From Alphaproteobacteria bacterium (GTDB lineage Bacteria > Pseudomonadota > Alphaproteobacteria > SP197), in assembly GCA_965228895.1 (NCBI GenBank), contig OZ245842.1:4608001-4672000 (forward strand): a stretch of 64,000 nucleotides of DNA. Direction: 5' to 3'. Made by a program: the position numbers and the translations under genes. Under the pieces are notes generated by a model. That model did no database searches. It had not been told where the DNA came from and worked only from the letters and a program-made list of their open reading frames with translations. Shown piece after piece: positions 1 through 8,189 of this stretch (its first letter is position 1; each line of letters opens with the position of its first letter).

Positions 1-206
1 ATGTCCTCCGCCAGCGCCAGGGCCGGCAGGTCAAAGCCATCAATCGCCGAATAGGTGATCTGCGATGGTTCCCGGTATTCATAGACCTGATCGATGACAA
101 TCAAGACCGTTTCCGCCTTGGCGCGCGACCAGCCGGCCACCGCAAGCACGGTGACCACGGCGAACACGGTTCGCGCCAAGAAAAGGGGCCGATTCGATCG
201 TTTCAT
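1..206 (-). CDS. Exported hypothetical protein, N-terminal part (runs off window start)
   Basis: ATG at 206 (minus), open to window edge: MKRSNRPLFLARTVFAVVTVLAVAGWSRAKAETVLIV...; signal-peptide-like N-terminus. Not in the ORF track because it is truncated. Confidence 0.55.
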   Translation of the reverse strand, partial: MKRSNRPLFLARTVFAVVTVLAVAGWSRAKAETVLIVIDQVYEYREPSQITYSAIDGFDLPALALAED

Positions 207-298
207 GCGGCCATTCTAGCGGGAATCCGGCCCAATTTCGCCTGTCCGGCGGCGGTCTGGCGTCACACGCTCGTGAGACCGCCCAAAGCGGTGTTGTT

Positions 299-886
299 TT
301 AAGGTTGGTGGTGGTCGCGCCAGGCCGCGATCAGTGTCTCGCCCTCGGCAATCTCATCGTCAGACAGGGTGTCGAGGAAAGAGGCGAGATTGGCCGCCGC
401 GAAAGCGTCACCGCCATCCGCAGCCAGGCTGAGCCACTGATAAGCCTCGGCGCGGCGGGTATCGTCACCGCGCGCAAGCAGATAGCCAAGCAGCGACTGT
501 GCCGCCGTATCACCGGCTTCGGCGACCGGGAACAGACTGTTTTCCGCGCCCGCCACGTCGACCGGGCCGCCGCGGCCCTCGATCTGCATCAAGGCCAGGC
601 GATACCCCGCACGTCCATGACCTTGTTCCGCCGCCTTCGCGTACCACGACCGCGCCGCCACCAGATCGGCGGCATCGTGGACGCCGTGCTCCAGCGCGAA
701 GGCGAGCAGGTATTGTGCTTCGGCATCGCCGGCTTCTGCCTGCTCGCCGTACCACGACAGAGCATCGCTGTAGCCGGCAGCCGCGTCAGAGGAAACGGCA
801 AGTCCGGCAATCAGCACGAAGGCGCAGCCAAGTGCTGCACCGATGTTGCCGATACGGCGCAGCGCGTTGCCACATAGAACCATCAT
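299..886 (-). CDS. Sel1-like repeat (SLR/TPR) exported protein
   Basis: Signal peptide followed by Sel1 repeats (AEAGDAEAQYLLA, WYAKAAEQGHGRAGYRLA, AYQWLSLAADGG). Confidence 0.85.
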   Translation of the reverse strand: MMVLCGNALRRIGNIGAALGCAFVLIAGLAVSSDAAAGYSDALSWYGEQAEAGDAEAQYLLAFALEHGVHDAADLVAARSWYAKAAEQGHGRAGYRLALMQIEGRGGPVDVAGAENSLFPVAEAGDTAAQSLLGYLLARGDDTRRAEAYQWLSLAADGGDAFAAANLASFLDTLSDDEIAEGETLIAAWRDHHQP

Positions 887-948
887 GGCGATGGCATGTC
901 CCCCAGTGTCCCCCCTGTCGGCCGGAGATTAGCCGCGACACACGCCCG

Positions 949-1914
949 TCACAATGGCCCGTCGCGTTCCTTTGTAAGGTGATGCAGCAACCCGCCTACC
1001 GCCTCATCGAAGGCGAGATCACCGGAAAGCACACGGTCGCACAATGCCCCGAGCGCATCGGGTCCCAGGTCATGGGCCCGGTCGCGGGCCAGATCGGCGA
1101 CCGCTGCGATCAGTAGCTGACCCATGCGCCGGCGCGCACCGTCGACGCCCGATGCCGCCTTGCGCGCACCGAGTTCCATCATTGTGTCGACGAGCGCTTC
1201 AACACCATCGCCCCTGACCGCGATCGTCTTGAGCACGACCGGCCGGCGGTCTTCCGGTAAATAGGATGACGCGCCCTTCAGTGCGGCTTCGGTCTGCACG
1301 GCCTGGGGCAAATCCGACTTGTTGACGACCAGAACGTCGGCAATTTCCAGGATGCCGGCTTTGGCGGCCTGGACCTCGTCGCCGGCGCCCGGCGCCCAGA
1401 CGACGACGCGAATATCGGCCAAGCCGGCGATCTCGATCTCCGACTGGCCGACGCCGACGGTTTCGACCAGGACAACGTCCTTGCCGCCGGCGTCCATCAC
1501 GTCGACCAGCCGCGCGGTGTTGCGCGACAGGCCGCCCAGGTGGCCACGCGAAGCGACCGAGCGCACGAAGACATCGGGGTCGCCGGCATGGTCAAGCATA
1601 CGCACACGGTCACCGAGCAGCGCGCCGCCGGTAAAGGGGCTGGACGGATCGACCGCCAGGACGCCGACCGTCCGGGATCGCGCGCGAAGATCGCGAATGA
1701 CCGCCGACACCAAGGTCGACTTGCCCGCACCCGGCGCACCGGTGATCCCGACCACAAGCGCACGGCCGGTTCTGCCATGGGCGGCACGCAGCACGACTGC
1801 TGCTTCGTCGGTATCGTTCTCCACCGCGGTGATCGCGCGCGCAAGCGCGGCACGGTCGCCTTCGAACAGGCGATCGATCCAGGTTGCGGTCGAAGTTGGG
1901 GAAGACGCAGACAT
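949..1914 (-). CDS. meaB: MeaB/ArgK-type G3E GTPase (cobalamin-dependent mutase chaperone)
   Basis: GITGAPGAGKST, VLAVDPSSPFTGGALLGDRVRM, VETVGVGQSE, VVNKSD motifs. Confidence 0.9.
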   Translation of the reverse strand: MSASSPTSTATWIDRLFEGDRAALARAITAVENDTDEAAVVLRAAHGRTGRALVVGITGAPGAGKSTLVSAVIRDLRARSRTVGVLAVDPSSPFTGGALLGDRVRMLDHAGDPDVFVRSVASRGHLGGLSRNTARLVDVMDAGGKDVVLVETVGVGQSEIEIAGLADIRVVVWAPGAGDEVQAAKAGILEIADVLVVNKSDLPQAVQTEAALKGASSYLPEDRRPVVLKTIAVRGDGVEALVDTMMELGARKAASGVDGARRRMGQLLIAAVADLARDRAHDLGPDALGALCDRVLSGDLAFDEAVGGLLHHLTKERDGPL

Positions 1915-2002
1915 TCTGGCGGCGCAGTCTACGCGTGTGGCCGATCAGTCGGAAGCCCGACGCCACATTGCGTCTCCGCGCGTTTTGACGCAGGTTTTCG
2001 GG

Positions 2003-3070
2003 ATGACCACGAACAACAAACTGGAATTGATGTCGGTGACCGGCGCCGACGGCGGCTGCACGCCGGTCGACGGTGTTTCTCTGCATGTTGAACCGGGCGA
2101 GACCCTTGCCATCCTTGGTCCCGAGCGCGCCGGCAAGTCGTCACTTATTCGTTTGATCGCCGGGTTCGGCGAGGTCGTGGGCGGTCACATTTCGTTCAAC
2201 GGCCATAACCTCGCCAAGGTTGCGCCGCGTCGACGACCGTTCGCCCTGCTCGGCGAACGCGATGCCCTGTTTCCCCATCTGACGGTGCGCAAGAACATCG
2301 CCTATGGCTTGAAGGCACACCGCCTTGACCCGCGCGACATCGAGGAGCGCATTCACGAGAACCTCGCCTACTTCGAGATCACCGCGCTGCTGAACGACTA
2401 TCCAGATGGCTTGAGCCGTTCGGATCGCCACAAGGTGGCGCTGGCTCGCGCGCTTGCGACCCGTCCGCTGGTGGTGCTGATGGATCAGCCATTTGACGCG
2501 CTCGATCCCATGCTGGCCGGCCAATTGATGTTCACCCTGCGCGACCTGCAGCGTCACGCCGGTTTCAGCGTGGTCATGGCGACCCGAGACAGCGAGGCGG
2601 CACTTGCCGTTTCCGACCGAATCGCCGTGATGAGCGAAGGTCGGCTGTTGCAAGTGGGAACGCCCGATGCACTTTTCGATCGGCCGGAACACGCCCTGGT
2701 CGCGACACTGACCGGCCCGGTCAACCTGATTTACGGGACAGCCCACGGCAACGCGATCGAGGTTTCCGGATTGGGAGCGTTGCCCGCAAACGCGAGCGCG
2801 CTGCCTGCCGGCACGCCGGCGGTCTTGTGCCTGCGGCCGGATTTGCTCGAGCTTTCGCTCTATCCGCCCGAAAGCGCGGAGATCGCCGTGCAGTTCGAGG
2901 TGCGCGACGTCACCTATGCCGGCGGCGGTTTGCGCGTGCGACTGGAGAACGGTTCCCATCGGCTGGCGGCGCGCCTGGACGGCCGGCGCCTGACATCTGG
3001 CGACTTGCCAGCGGGACGCCAGATATGGTGTACCTGGGACCGCGATGCCGCCCACGTCCTGGGCGCGTGA
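2003..3070 (+). CDS. PotA/MalK-like ABC ATP-binding protein with C-terminal TOBE region; catalytic motifs degenerate
   Basis: Start set at ATG 2003 (MTTNNK). Walker A GPERAGKS and ALFPHLTVRKNIAYGL retained. Signature reads LSRSD, Walker B VLMDQP, switch ATRD. Confidence 0.85.
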   Translation: MTTNNKLELMSVTGADGGCTPVDGVSLHVEPGETLAILGPERAGKSSLIRLIAGFGEVVGGHISFNGHNLAKVAPRRRPFALLGERDALFPHLTVRKNIAYGLKAHRLDPRDIEERIHENLAYFEITALLNDYPDGLSRSDRHKVALARALATRPLVVLMDQPFDALDPMLAGQLMFTLRDLQRHAGFSVVMATRDSEAALAVSDRIAVMSEGRLLQVGTPDALFDRPEHALVATLTGPVNLIYGTAHGNAIEVSGLGALPANASALPAGTPAVLCLRPDLLELSLYPPESAEIAVQFEVRDVTYAGGGLRVRLENGSHRLAARLDGRRLTSGDLPAGRQIWCTWDRDAAHVLGA

Positions 3071-3106
3071 AACAACAATCGATACCTAAGGATTCAGGGG
3101 GACTTC

Positions 3107-4399
3107 ATGAGTGACGGCAAGACCATCGTGTTCTTTCCAGAGGCCGCGTTCGGCCCGGCGCTAAACTCCGTCGGCATCGCGCAGGTCTGCCGTGACATGG
3201 GGCACAACTGCGTGTTCGTGGCCGATGTCGGCTTCGAAGGCGTGTTCGCCGGATACGGTTTCGAGGAACGGCTGATCCACATGTCCGAGCCGATGGATGC
3301 AGAGGCCTCGGCGCAGTATTGGGTCGACTTCATCAACGGCCATTTGCCGAACTTCCGCACCCCGCCGATCGACCAGATCTCGACCTACATCAAGGGCTGC
3401 TGGGAAGCGATCCTGGAGACCTCGGTGTGGGCGGAAAAGGAACTGCCTGAGACGCTTGCCGACATCAAACCCGACCTGATCTGCGTCGACAACGTGATCT
3501 TGTTCCCGGCGACCAAACAATATGGTGTGCCTTGGGTACGCATCATCTCGTGCAGCGAAAACGAGATAGAGGATCCGAATATTCCGCCTCATCTCTCCGG
3601 CTGTTTTGCCGATGATAAGGCCTGCTTCACCGCCTTCCGCGAAAAGTTCGAGCGCGAGATCAAACCGATCCACGACAATTTCAATGCCTTCCTGGCCGAA
3701 TGTGGTGAAGACCCGTATCCCCTCGGCCAGTTCTTCGAGGCCTCGCCATGGCTCAACCTGCTGCATTATCCCAAGCCGCTCGCCTATGAGCGCCTTCACC
3801 CGCTGGATCCCGAGAAGTTCCAGTACCTCGAAGGCTGCATTCGCGCCGAAGAGAGTTATGAAGTCCCGACGTTCAAGGAGAACAACGACAAGCCGCTGAT
3901 CTATGTCAGCTTCGGCAGCTTGGGGTCATCCGACACCGACCTGATGAAACGCCTGATCGCGACGCTCGGCAAGCTGCCCTATCGCGTGCTGGTGAATGTC
4001 GGCGACTACGGCGATGCCTATGAATCGGTCCCCGACAACTGTCATGTCGAGAGCTGGTACCCCCAACCATCGGTCATCGCCCAGGTCGATGCGGTCATCC
4101 ACCACGGTGGCAACAACAGCTTCAACGAGTGCCTGTTCTTCGGCAAACCAGCGCTGATCATGCCCTATTGCTGGGACGGCCACGACAATGCGTCGCGTAT
4201 TCAGGAGACCGGCTACGGCCTGAAGCTGGAGCGCTATACCTGGTCAGACAGCGATATCGAAAATGCCATGAACACCATGATGACGGACGGAGCCATGGCA
4301 ACGCGTCTCGCTGACCTGTCGCGCCACATGCAGGCCCAGGATGGGCGCCGCAAGGGTGCGGAGGCGCTGGATGCTCTTCTAAAGGCCACCGCATCGTGA
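3107..4399 (+). CDS. GT1/MGT-family (UDP-glycosyltransferase-like) glycosyltransferase
   Basis: IYVSFGS and PSPG-like box WYPQPSVIAQVDAVIHHGGNNSFNECLFFGKPALIMPYCWDG; purine-rich RBS upstream. Confidence 0.85.
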   Translation: MSDGKTIVFFPEAAFGPALNSVGIAQVCRDMGHNCVFVADVGFEGVFAGYGFEERLIHMSEPMDAEASAQYWVDFINGHLPNFRTPPIDQISTYIKGCWEAILETSVWAEKELPETLADIKPDLICVDNVILFPATKQYGVPWVRIISCSENEIEDPNIPPHLSGCFADDKACFTAFREKFEREIKPIHDNFNAFLAECGEDPYPLGQFFEASPWLNLLHYPKPLAYERLHPLDPEKFQYLEGCIRAEESYEVPTFKENNDKPLIYVSFGSLGSSDTDLMKRLIATLGKLPYRVLVNVGDYGDAYESVPDNCHVESWYPQPSVIAQVDAVIHHGGNNSFNECLFFGKPALIMPYCWDGHDNASRIQETGYGLKLERYTWSDSDIENAMNTMMTDGAMATRLADLSRHMQAQDGRRKGAEALDALLKATAS

Positions 4400-4758
4400 G
4401 CGACACGACGGTTCCACGACTGCCCGACGTCGCCAACCTGAACGAGAGCGACCTCGCCGACTGGGGTGATGTTCCCGAGCCGCTCAGCGAGGCCGTGTCG
4501 CACACGTCCGGCAAGGTCATCGTGGGCGGCGGCGGAACCTTTCCGGAGGCTGGCTATTGGCGCTGCACGCCGGGAAGCTGGCGCTGCGAGGTCGAGCGCG
4601 ACGAGTTCTGCCATTTTTTGGAAGGCACGTGTCTCTACACCCATGACAACGGCGAGGAGATCGCGATCAAGGGCGGCGATACCGCCTGGTTTCCGGCCGG
4701 CTGGCGTGGGCGTTGCGATGTCCGGGACACCGTCGCCAAGGTCTACCTGATCCGATAA
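4396..4758 (+). CDS. Cupin_3 (DUF861/EutQ-like) protein
   Basis: GYWRCTPGSW..DEFCHFLEG..IKGGDTAWFPAGWRGRCDV; GTGA overlap with the GT stop codon. Confidence 0.85.
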   Translation: MSDTTVPRLPDVANLNESDLADWGDVPEPLSEAVSHTSGKVIVGGGGTFPEAGYWRCTPGSWRCEVERDEFCHFLEGTCLYTHDNGEEIAIKGGDTAWFPAGWRGRCDVRDTVAKVYLIR

Positions 4759-4776
4759 CGGTTTGTTCTTGGGGGA

Positions 4777-4950
4777 CAGGGTTGCCGGTCCCTGTTGCGC
4801 GGCCTAGATCGGTGGAGAGCATCTGCCCTGGGGGGACCCCGACCTTAGCGGCGCGCAACGGGACCGGCTACTTCCCTGAGGAAGCCCGAAGACCGGGCTA
4901 TGCCGGTATCCGGTTGAGCCTCGGCATCGCCGGCCATGAACGGTGATGCC
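4777..4950. other. Structured intergenic region (long imperfect hairpin plus two smaller hairpins); possible sRNA or repeat
   Basis: gccggtccc-t-gttgcgcg (4784-4801) pairs with cgcgcaacgggaccggc (4852-4868); further stems gcccg/cgggc and ggcatcgccg/cggtgatgcc. Confidence 0.4.
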
Positions 4951-5122
4951 AGAGCTGTGAGGAGTCATATAAATCGGATATCGGCTAGAGTTTGTGACCG
5001 GCATCACTCGTCATGGCTTCGTTCGCCGGATTGGTAATGGTAATCACTGTCTTGCCGGCCCGCGGCCTTCCGAAGCGCCGCTGGTCGTGATGTCGCAGCA
5101 TCGCAGTCGCCAAGGGATCGCA

Positions 5123-7186
5123 ATGAAACATCTGCTCGCTACCGTCAGCCTCGCCCTCACCGCAACCGTCTCGCTCGGCGCGTTTGCCGGCATGGACGAA
5201 GCCAAGAACGCCTACGACACCGGCCAGTACGAATCGGCCTATCAGGAATTCGAAATCCTCTATGGCGAGGGCGACGCCGAGGCAGCGTACTACCTGGGCC
5301 GTATGCATCACTTTGGCGAGGGCGTATCGCAGAACTATTCGCAGGCGCTGAACTGGTACCGCACGGCGGCCGATGGCGGCCATGCGGAGGCCTACTTCGT
5401 GATGGGCCAGATGTACGAAAAGGGCCAGGGCTCGCCGCAGGATTTCACCCGCGCCTTTGAGGCCTATCGGGCCGCATCCGATCTCGACCACATGGCCTCG
5501 CGCAAGCGCCTGGCGATGATGCACGCGGAAGGCCTGGGCACGCCGGTCGACTATGGCGAAGCCGCCCGGTTGATGCAGACCGTCGCCGACACCGGCGATG
5601 CGGAGGCCCAGCAGTTGCTCGCCTATCTGATGGAGAGCGGCCAGGTGCCCAAGGATGTGGCTTCCGGCTCCAGCGAGCCCACGGTTGCGGCGATGCCGGC
5701 GGAGCCGCTCACGCCCGCCGAACAAATGCGCGCGCGGTTTGAACGCGCGCTGCATAGCGTCGACATGGGCCAGCAGCCTGACGCCGAAGCCGACCTGCTC
5801 TGGGAGCTCGATGTCACCGAAGCCGACGACGGCACCATTACCCTGGATCTTCTTGGCCTTAACCTGGTCGGCGAGGACGCTGCCTGGGAGATCGGCGATG
5901 CGCGCACCGTCATGACGCCGGTCGGCGATGCCATCTACGACACCACTGTCGAACTGCCCCAGGAGACCGTGTTCCTGGATGAAAAAGACCAGGCCATCGG
6001 CGGCACGACGTTCGCCAGCCAAAGTTTTGAAGGCATCTACCACCTGGATTTCGGTCAGTTCGTCACGCTGGACGCGGCCTATGACGATATCCGGGTCAAG
6101 GCCGAACCCGCCGGCGAGCCGGCGTTCGAAGTCTCGATTGCGCGTGTGGCCGCCCTTATGAACTTGGAGGAGACGGCGCCGGGCAAATGGTCGGGACCCT
6201 ATACCGGCGGTTTGGAATCGCTTGCCATCGACATCGCGGGCGAAGGCGGCATGACCGCTGACCGCATCTGGTTCGATACGGATACGCAGGGCGCCGATCT
6301 CGCGTTCTTCTCCACCCTTCAGCAGAACATGGAGCGCATGCAGTACGAGATGGCGGAGGATCCCGCCAGCGTCGACCAGAAGGCGATAGGCCAGATGATG
6401 CAGCAAGCCTTCGCCGAGTTCCGCACCCTGCTGGTTGAGCACCAGCCGTTGATCCAAAGCGTCGACTTCGCGCTGGGCGCCAACGGCACCCGCGTGGTCG
6501 ACGGTGACGGCGCGGTTCAGTTCGCCGCCGACGAGATCGGCTACGGCATTGGATTGACCAATCTGGACCAGCCGCTATCAACCATGTCGATCAACTACGG
6601 TCACACCGGCCTTGAAGCCGCCACGGACGAGGAGGTGCCGGACGCCTATCTGCCGACTGAGATGGAAGTCGCGTTTGAGTTCGACCGCCTGCCGCTCGAA
6701 CAAGCCATGACCATGATGGTGGAGATGATGGAAGGCGCGGCCGCCGACCCGGCGAGCTTTGAGGAGCAGATGGAAATGTCGCTGATGTTCCTGGGACTGG
6801 GCATGCAGCAGCAGTTCGTCAGCTCCGGCAGCGTGTTCCGCATCAAGGCGTTCAACTACGACAGCGAGGCGCTCGACGCCACCATGGCCGGCGAGGTCAC
6901 GGCGTCGGCCGAGTCACCCTATGGCGCCGTCGGCGCGATCGATCTGCAGATCGTCGGTTTGGACCAGGCCGTACAGGACCTGTCGGCCAACGCGGGCAAG
7001 GATCCCGATGCCCAAGACATGGTGGCGACCTTGACCATGCTGCAGTCCATGGGCGCGCGTACCGAAGCCGAAGGCCGTTCGATCCACGACTACGCCTTCA
7101 ACTTCACGCCCGACGGCCAGATCCTGCTGAACGGCAACGATATGGGGCCGATGATTGGCGGCATGATGGGCGAAGGTCAGCCCTGA
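5123..7186 (+). CDS. Exported Sel1-repeat protein fused to a long acidic beta-rich C-terminal region (YdgA/DUF945/DUF2125-like ending)
   Basis: Start ATG 5123 (MKHLLATVSLAL, signal peptide); Sel1 repeats (GEGVSQNYSQALNWYRTAADGGHAEA); C-terminus YAFNFTPDGQILLNG. Confidence 0.75.
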   Translation: MKHLLATVSLALTATVSLGAFAGMDEAKNAYDTGQYESAYQEFEILYGEGDAEAAYYLGRMHHFGEGVSQNYSQALNWYRTAADGGHAEAYFVMGQMYEKGQGSPQDFTRAFEAYRAASDLDHMASRKRLAMMHAEGLGTPVDYGEAARLMQTVADTGDAEAQQLLAYLMESGQVPKDVASGSSEPTVAAMPAEPLTPAEQMRARFERALHSVDMGQQPDAEADLLWELDVTEADDGTITLDLLGLNLVGEDAAWEIGDARTVMTPVGDAIYDTTVELPQETVFLDEKDQAIGGTTFASQSFEGIYHLDFGQFVTLDAAYDDIRVKAEPAGEPAFEVSIARVAALMNLEETAPGKWSGPYTGGLESLAIDIAGEGGMTADRIWFDTDTQGADLAFFSTLQQNMERMQYEMAEDPASVDQKAIGQMMQQAFAEFRTLLVEHQPLIQSVDFALGANGTRVVDGDGAVQFAADEIGYGIGLTNLDQPLSTMSINYGHTGLEAATDEEVPDAYLPTEMEVAFEFDRLPLEQAMTMMVEMMEGAAADPASFEEQMEMSLMFLGLGMQQQFVSSGSVFRIKAFNYDSEALDATMAGEVTASAESPYGAVGAIDLQIVGLDQAVQDLSANAGKDPDAQDMVATLTMLQSMGARTEAEGRSIHDYAFNFTPDGQILLNGNDMGPMIGGMMGEGQP

Positions 7187-8056
7187 TCACGGTCCGCTCT
7201 GGCGGCGAAGCATGGACTCGCGGCGGAAAACATAGATGCCGGCGCAGGCGATGACGGCCGCGCCGGTCAGCGTCAGGGCGTCCGGGAAGTTGCCGAAGAA
7301 GATCAGCCCGAAGATCACCGCCAGCACCATGTGCAGGAACGTGAAAGGCGCCAGCAGCGATACCGGCGCGTATCGATAGGCCAGGATCAAGCTGAAATGG
7401 CCGCCGGTGCCAAAGACACCGGCGGCGGCAAGAAGTAGCCAGTCCAGCGGCGCCGGCGTTTGCCAAACGAACGGCACGGCAATGCTGAGCGCCACGGCAC
7501 CGACGATGGCGGTATAGAAGAGCGTCGTATCCGAACCGTCATGGCGCGCCAGGATACGCGTCAGAATGGCGAAGATGGCCATGCATATCGCTGTGCCGAT
7601 GGGAAGAAAGTAAGCCCAGTGGCGAAACTCAAGGCCCGGGCGCATGATGATGAGCGCGCCGATTAACCCGATAACAATCGCCGCCCAGCGGCGTGGCCCG
7701 ACCTTTTCGCCGAGCAACGGTATCGCCAGCGCCGTCGTCAGGAGCGGCGCGATGAAGCCGATCGCCACGGCATCGGCCAGCGGGATGTATTTGACGGTCA
7801 GAAAGAACAGATAGGTGGTCACGGCCAGCAGCAACGACCTTAGGAGCTGCATGCCCGGCCGTGTCGTGCGCGCGGCCTGCATCATCCGCCGGGGCGGCAG
7901 GATCAGCGGCAGGATTGCCAGGGCGAAGATATAGCGGCCCCAGGCCACCTCGATCGGCGAATAGATCTGCGATAGGTGTTTCGCGACCGTGTCGAGCGAC
8001 ACGAAGAAGATCAGCGACAGCAGGAAATAGCCGATACCGCGAGGGATGTTGTCCAA
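7187..8056 (-). CDS. DMT/EamA family transporter
   Basis: About 10 TM segments; PLLGEKVGPRRWAAIVIGLIGALIIMRPG and AYRYAPVSLLAPF motifs. Confidence 0.9.
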   Translation of the reverse strand: MDNIPRGIGYFLLSLIFFVSLDTVAKHLSQIYSPIEVAWGRYIFALAILPLILPPRRMMQAARTTRPGMQLLRSLLLAVTTYLFFLTVKYIPLADAVAIGFIAPLLTTALAIPLLGEKVGPRRWAAIVIGLIGALIIMRPGLEFRHWAYFLPIGTAICMAIFAILTRILARHDGSDTTLFYTAIVGAVALSIAVPFVWQTPAPLDWLLLAAAGVFGTGGHFSLILAYRYAPVSLLAPFTFLHMVLAVIFGLIFFGNFPDALTLTGAAVIACAGIYVFRRESMLRRQSGP

Positions 8057-8189
8057 GGATGATCTGCCCGCGCCGGGATGGCGCTGGGGCCCTGCTTAGC
8101 ACGCAAAACAACCGCACGACATACTTGGCAATCGACGGTCAAACCAAGCTAGAGTGCGCGCCCGCAAGGTCTTTGGGGGAGTTTCAGCG

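Noticed and set aside
1319-2002. N-terminal 228 aa of the 583-aa ORF, suggesting a fused domain on the ABC ATPase
   Set aside because: Overlaps meaB antisense and is Ser/Thr/Arg-rich shadow sequence; the real start is ATG 2003.
4777-4878. Hairpin as SRP (4.5S) RNA, 6S RNA or a glycine/cobalamin riboswitch
   Set aside because: Diagnostic conserved motifs were not found on either strand; kept only as an unclassified structure.
4985-6457. 490-aa minus-strand ORF
   Set aside because: Antisense to the Sel1 fusion gene; no recognisable domain.
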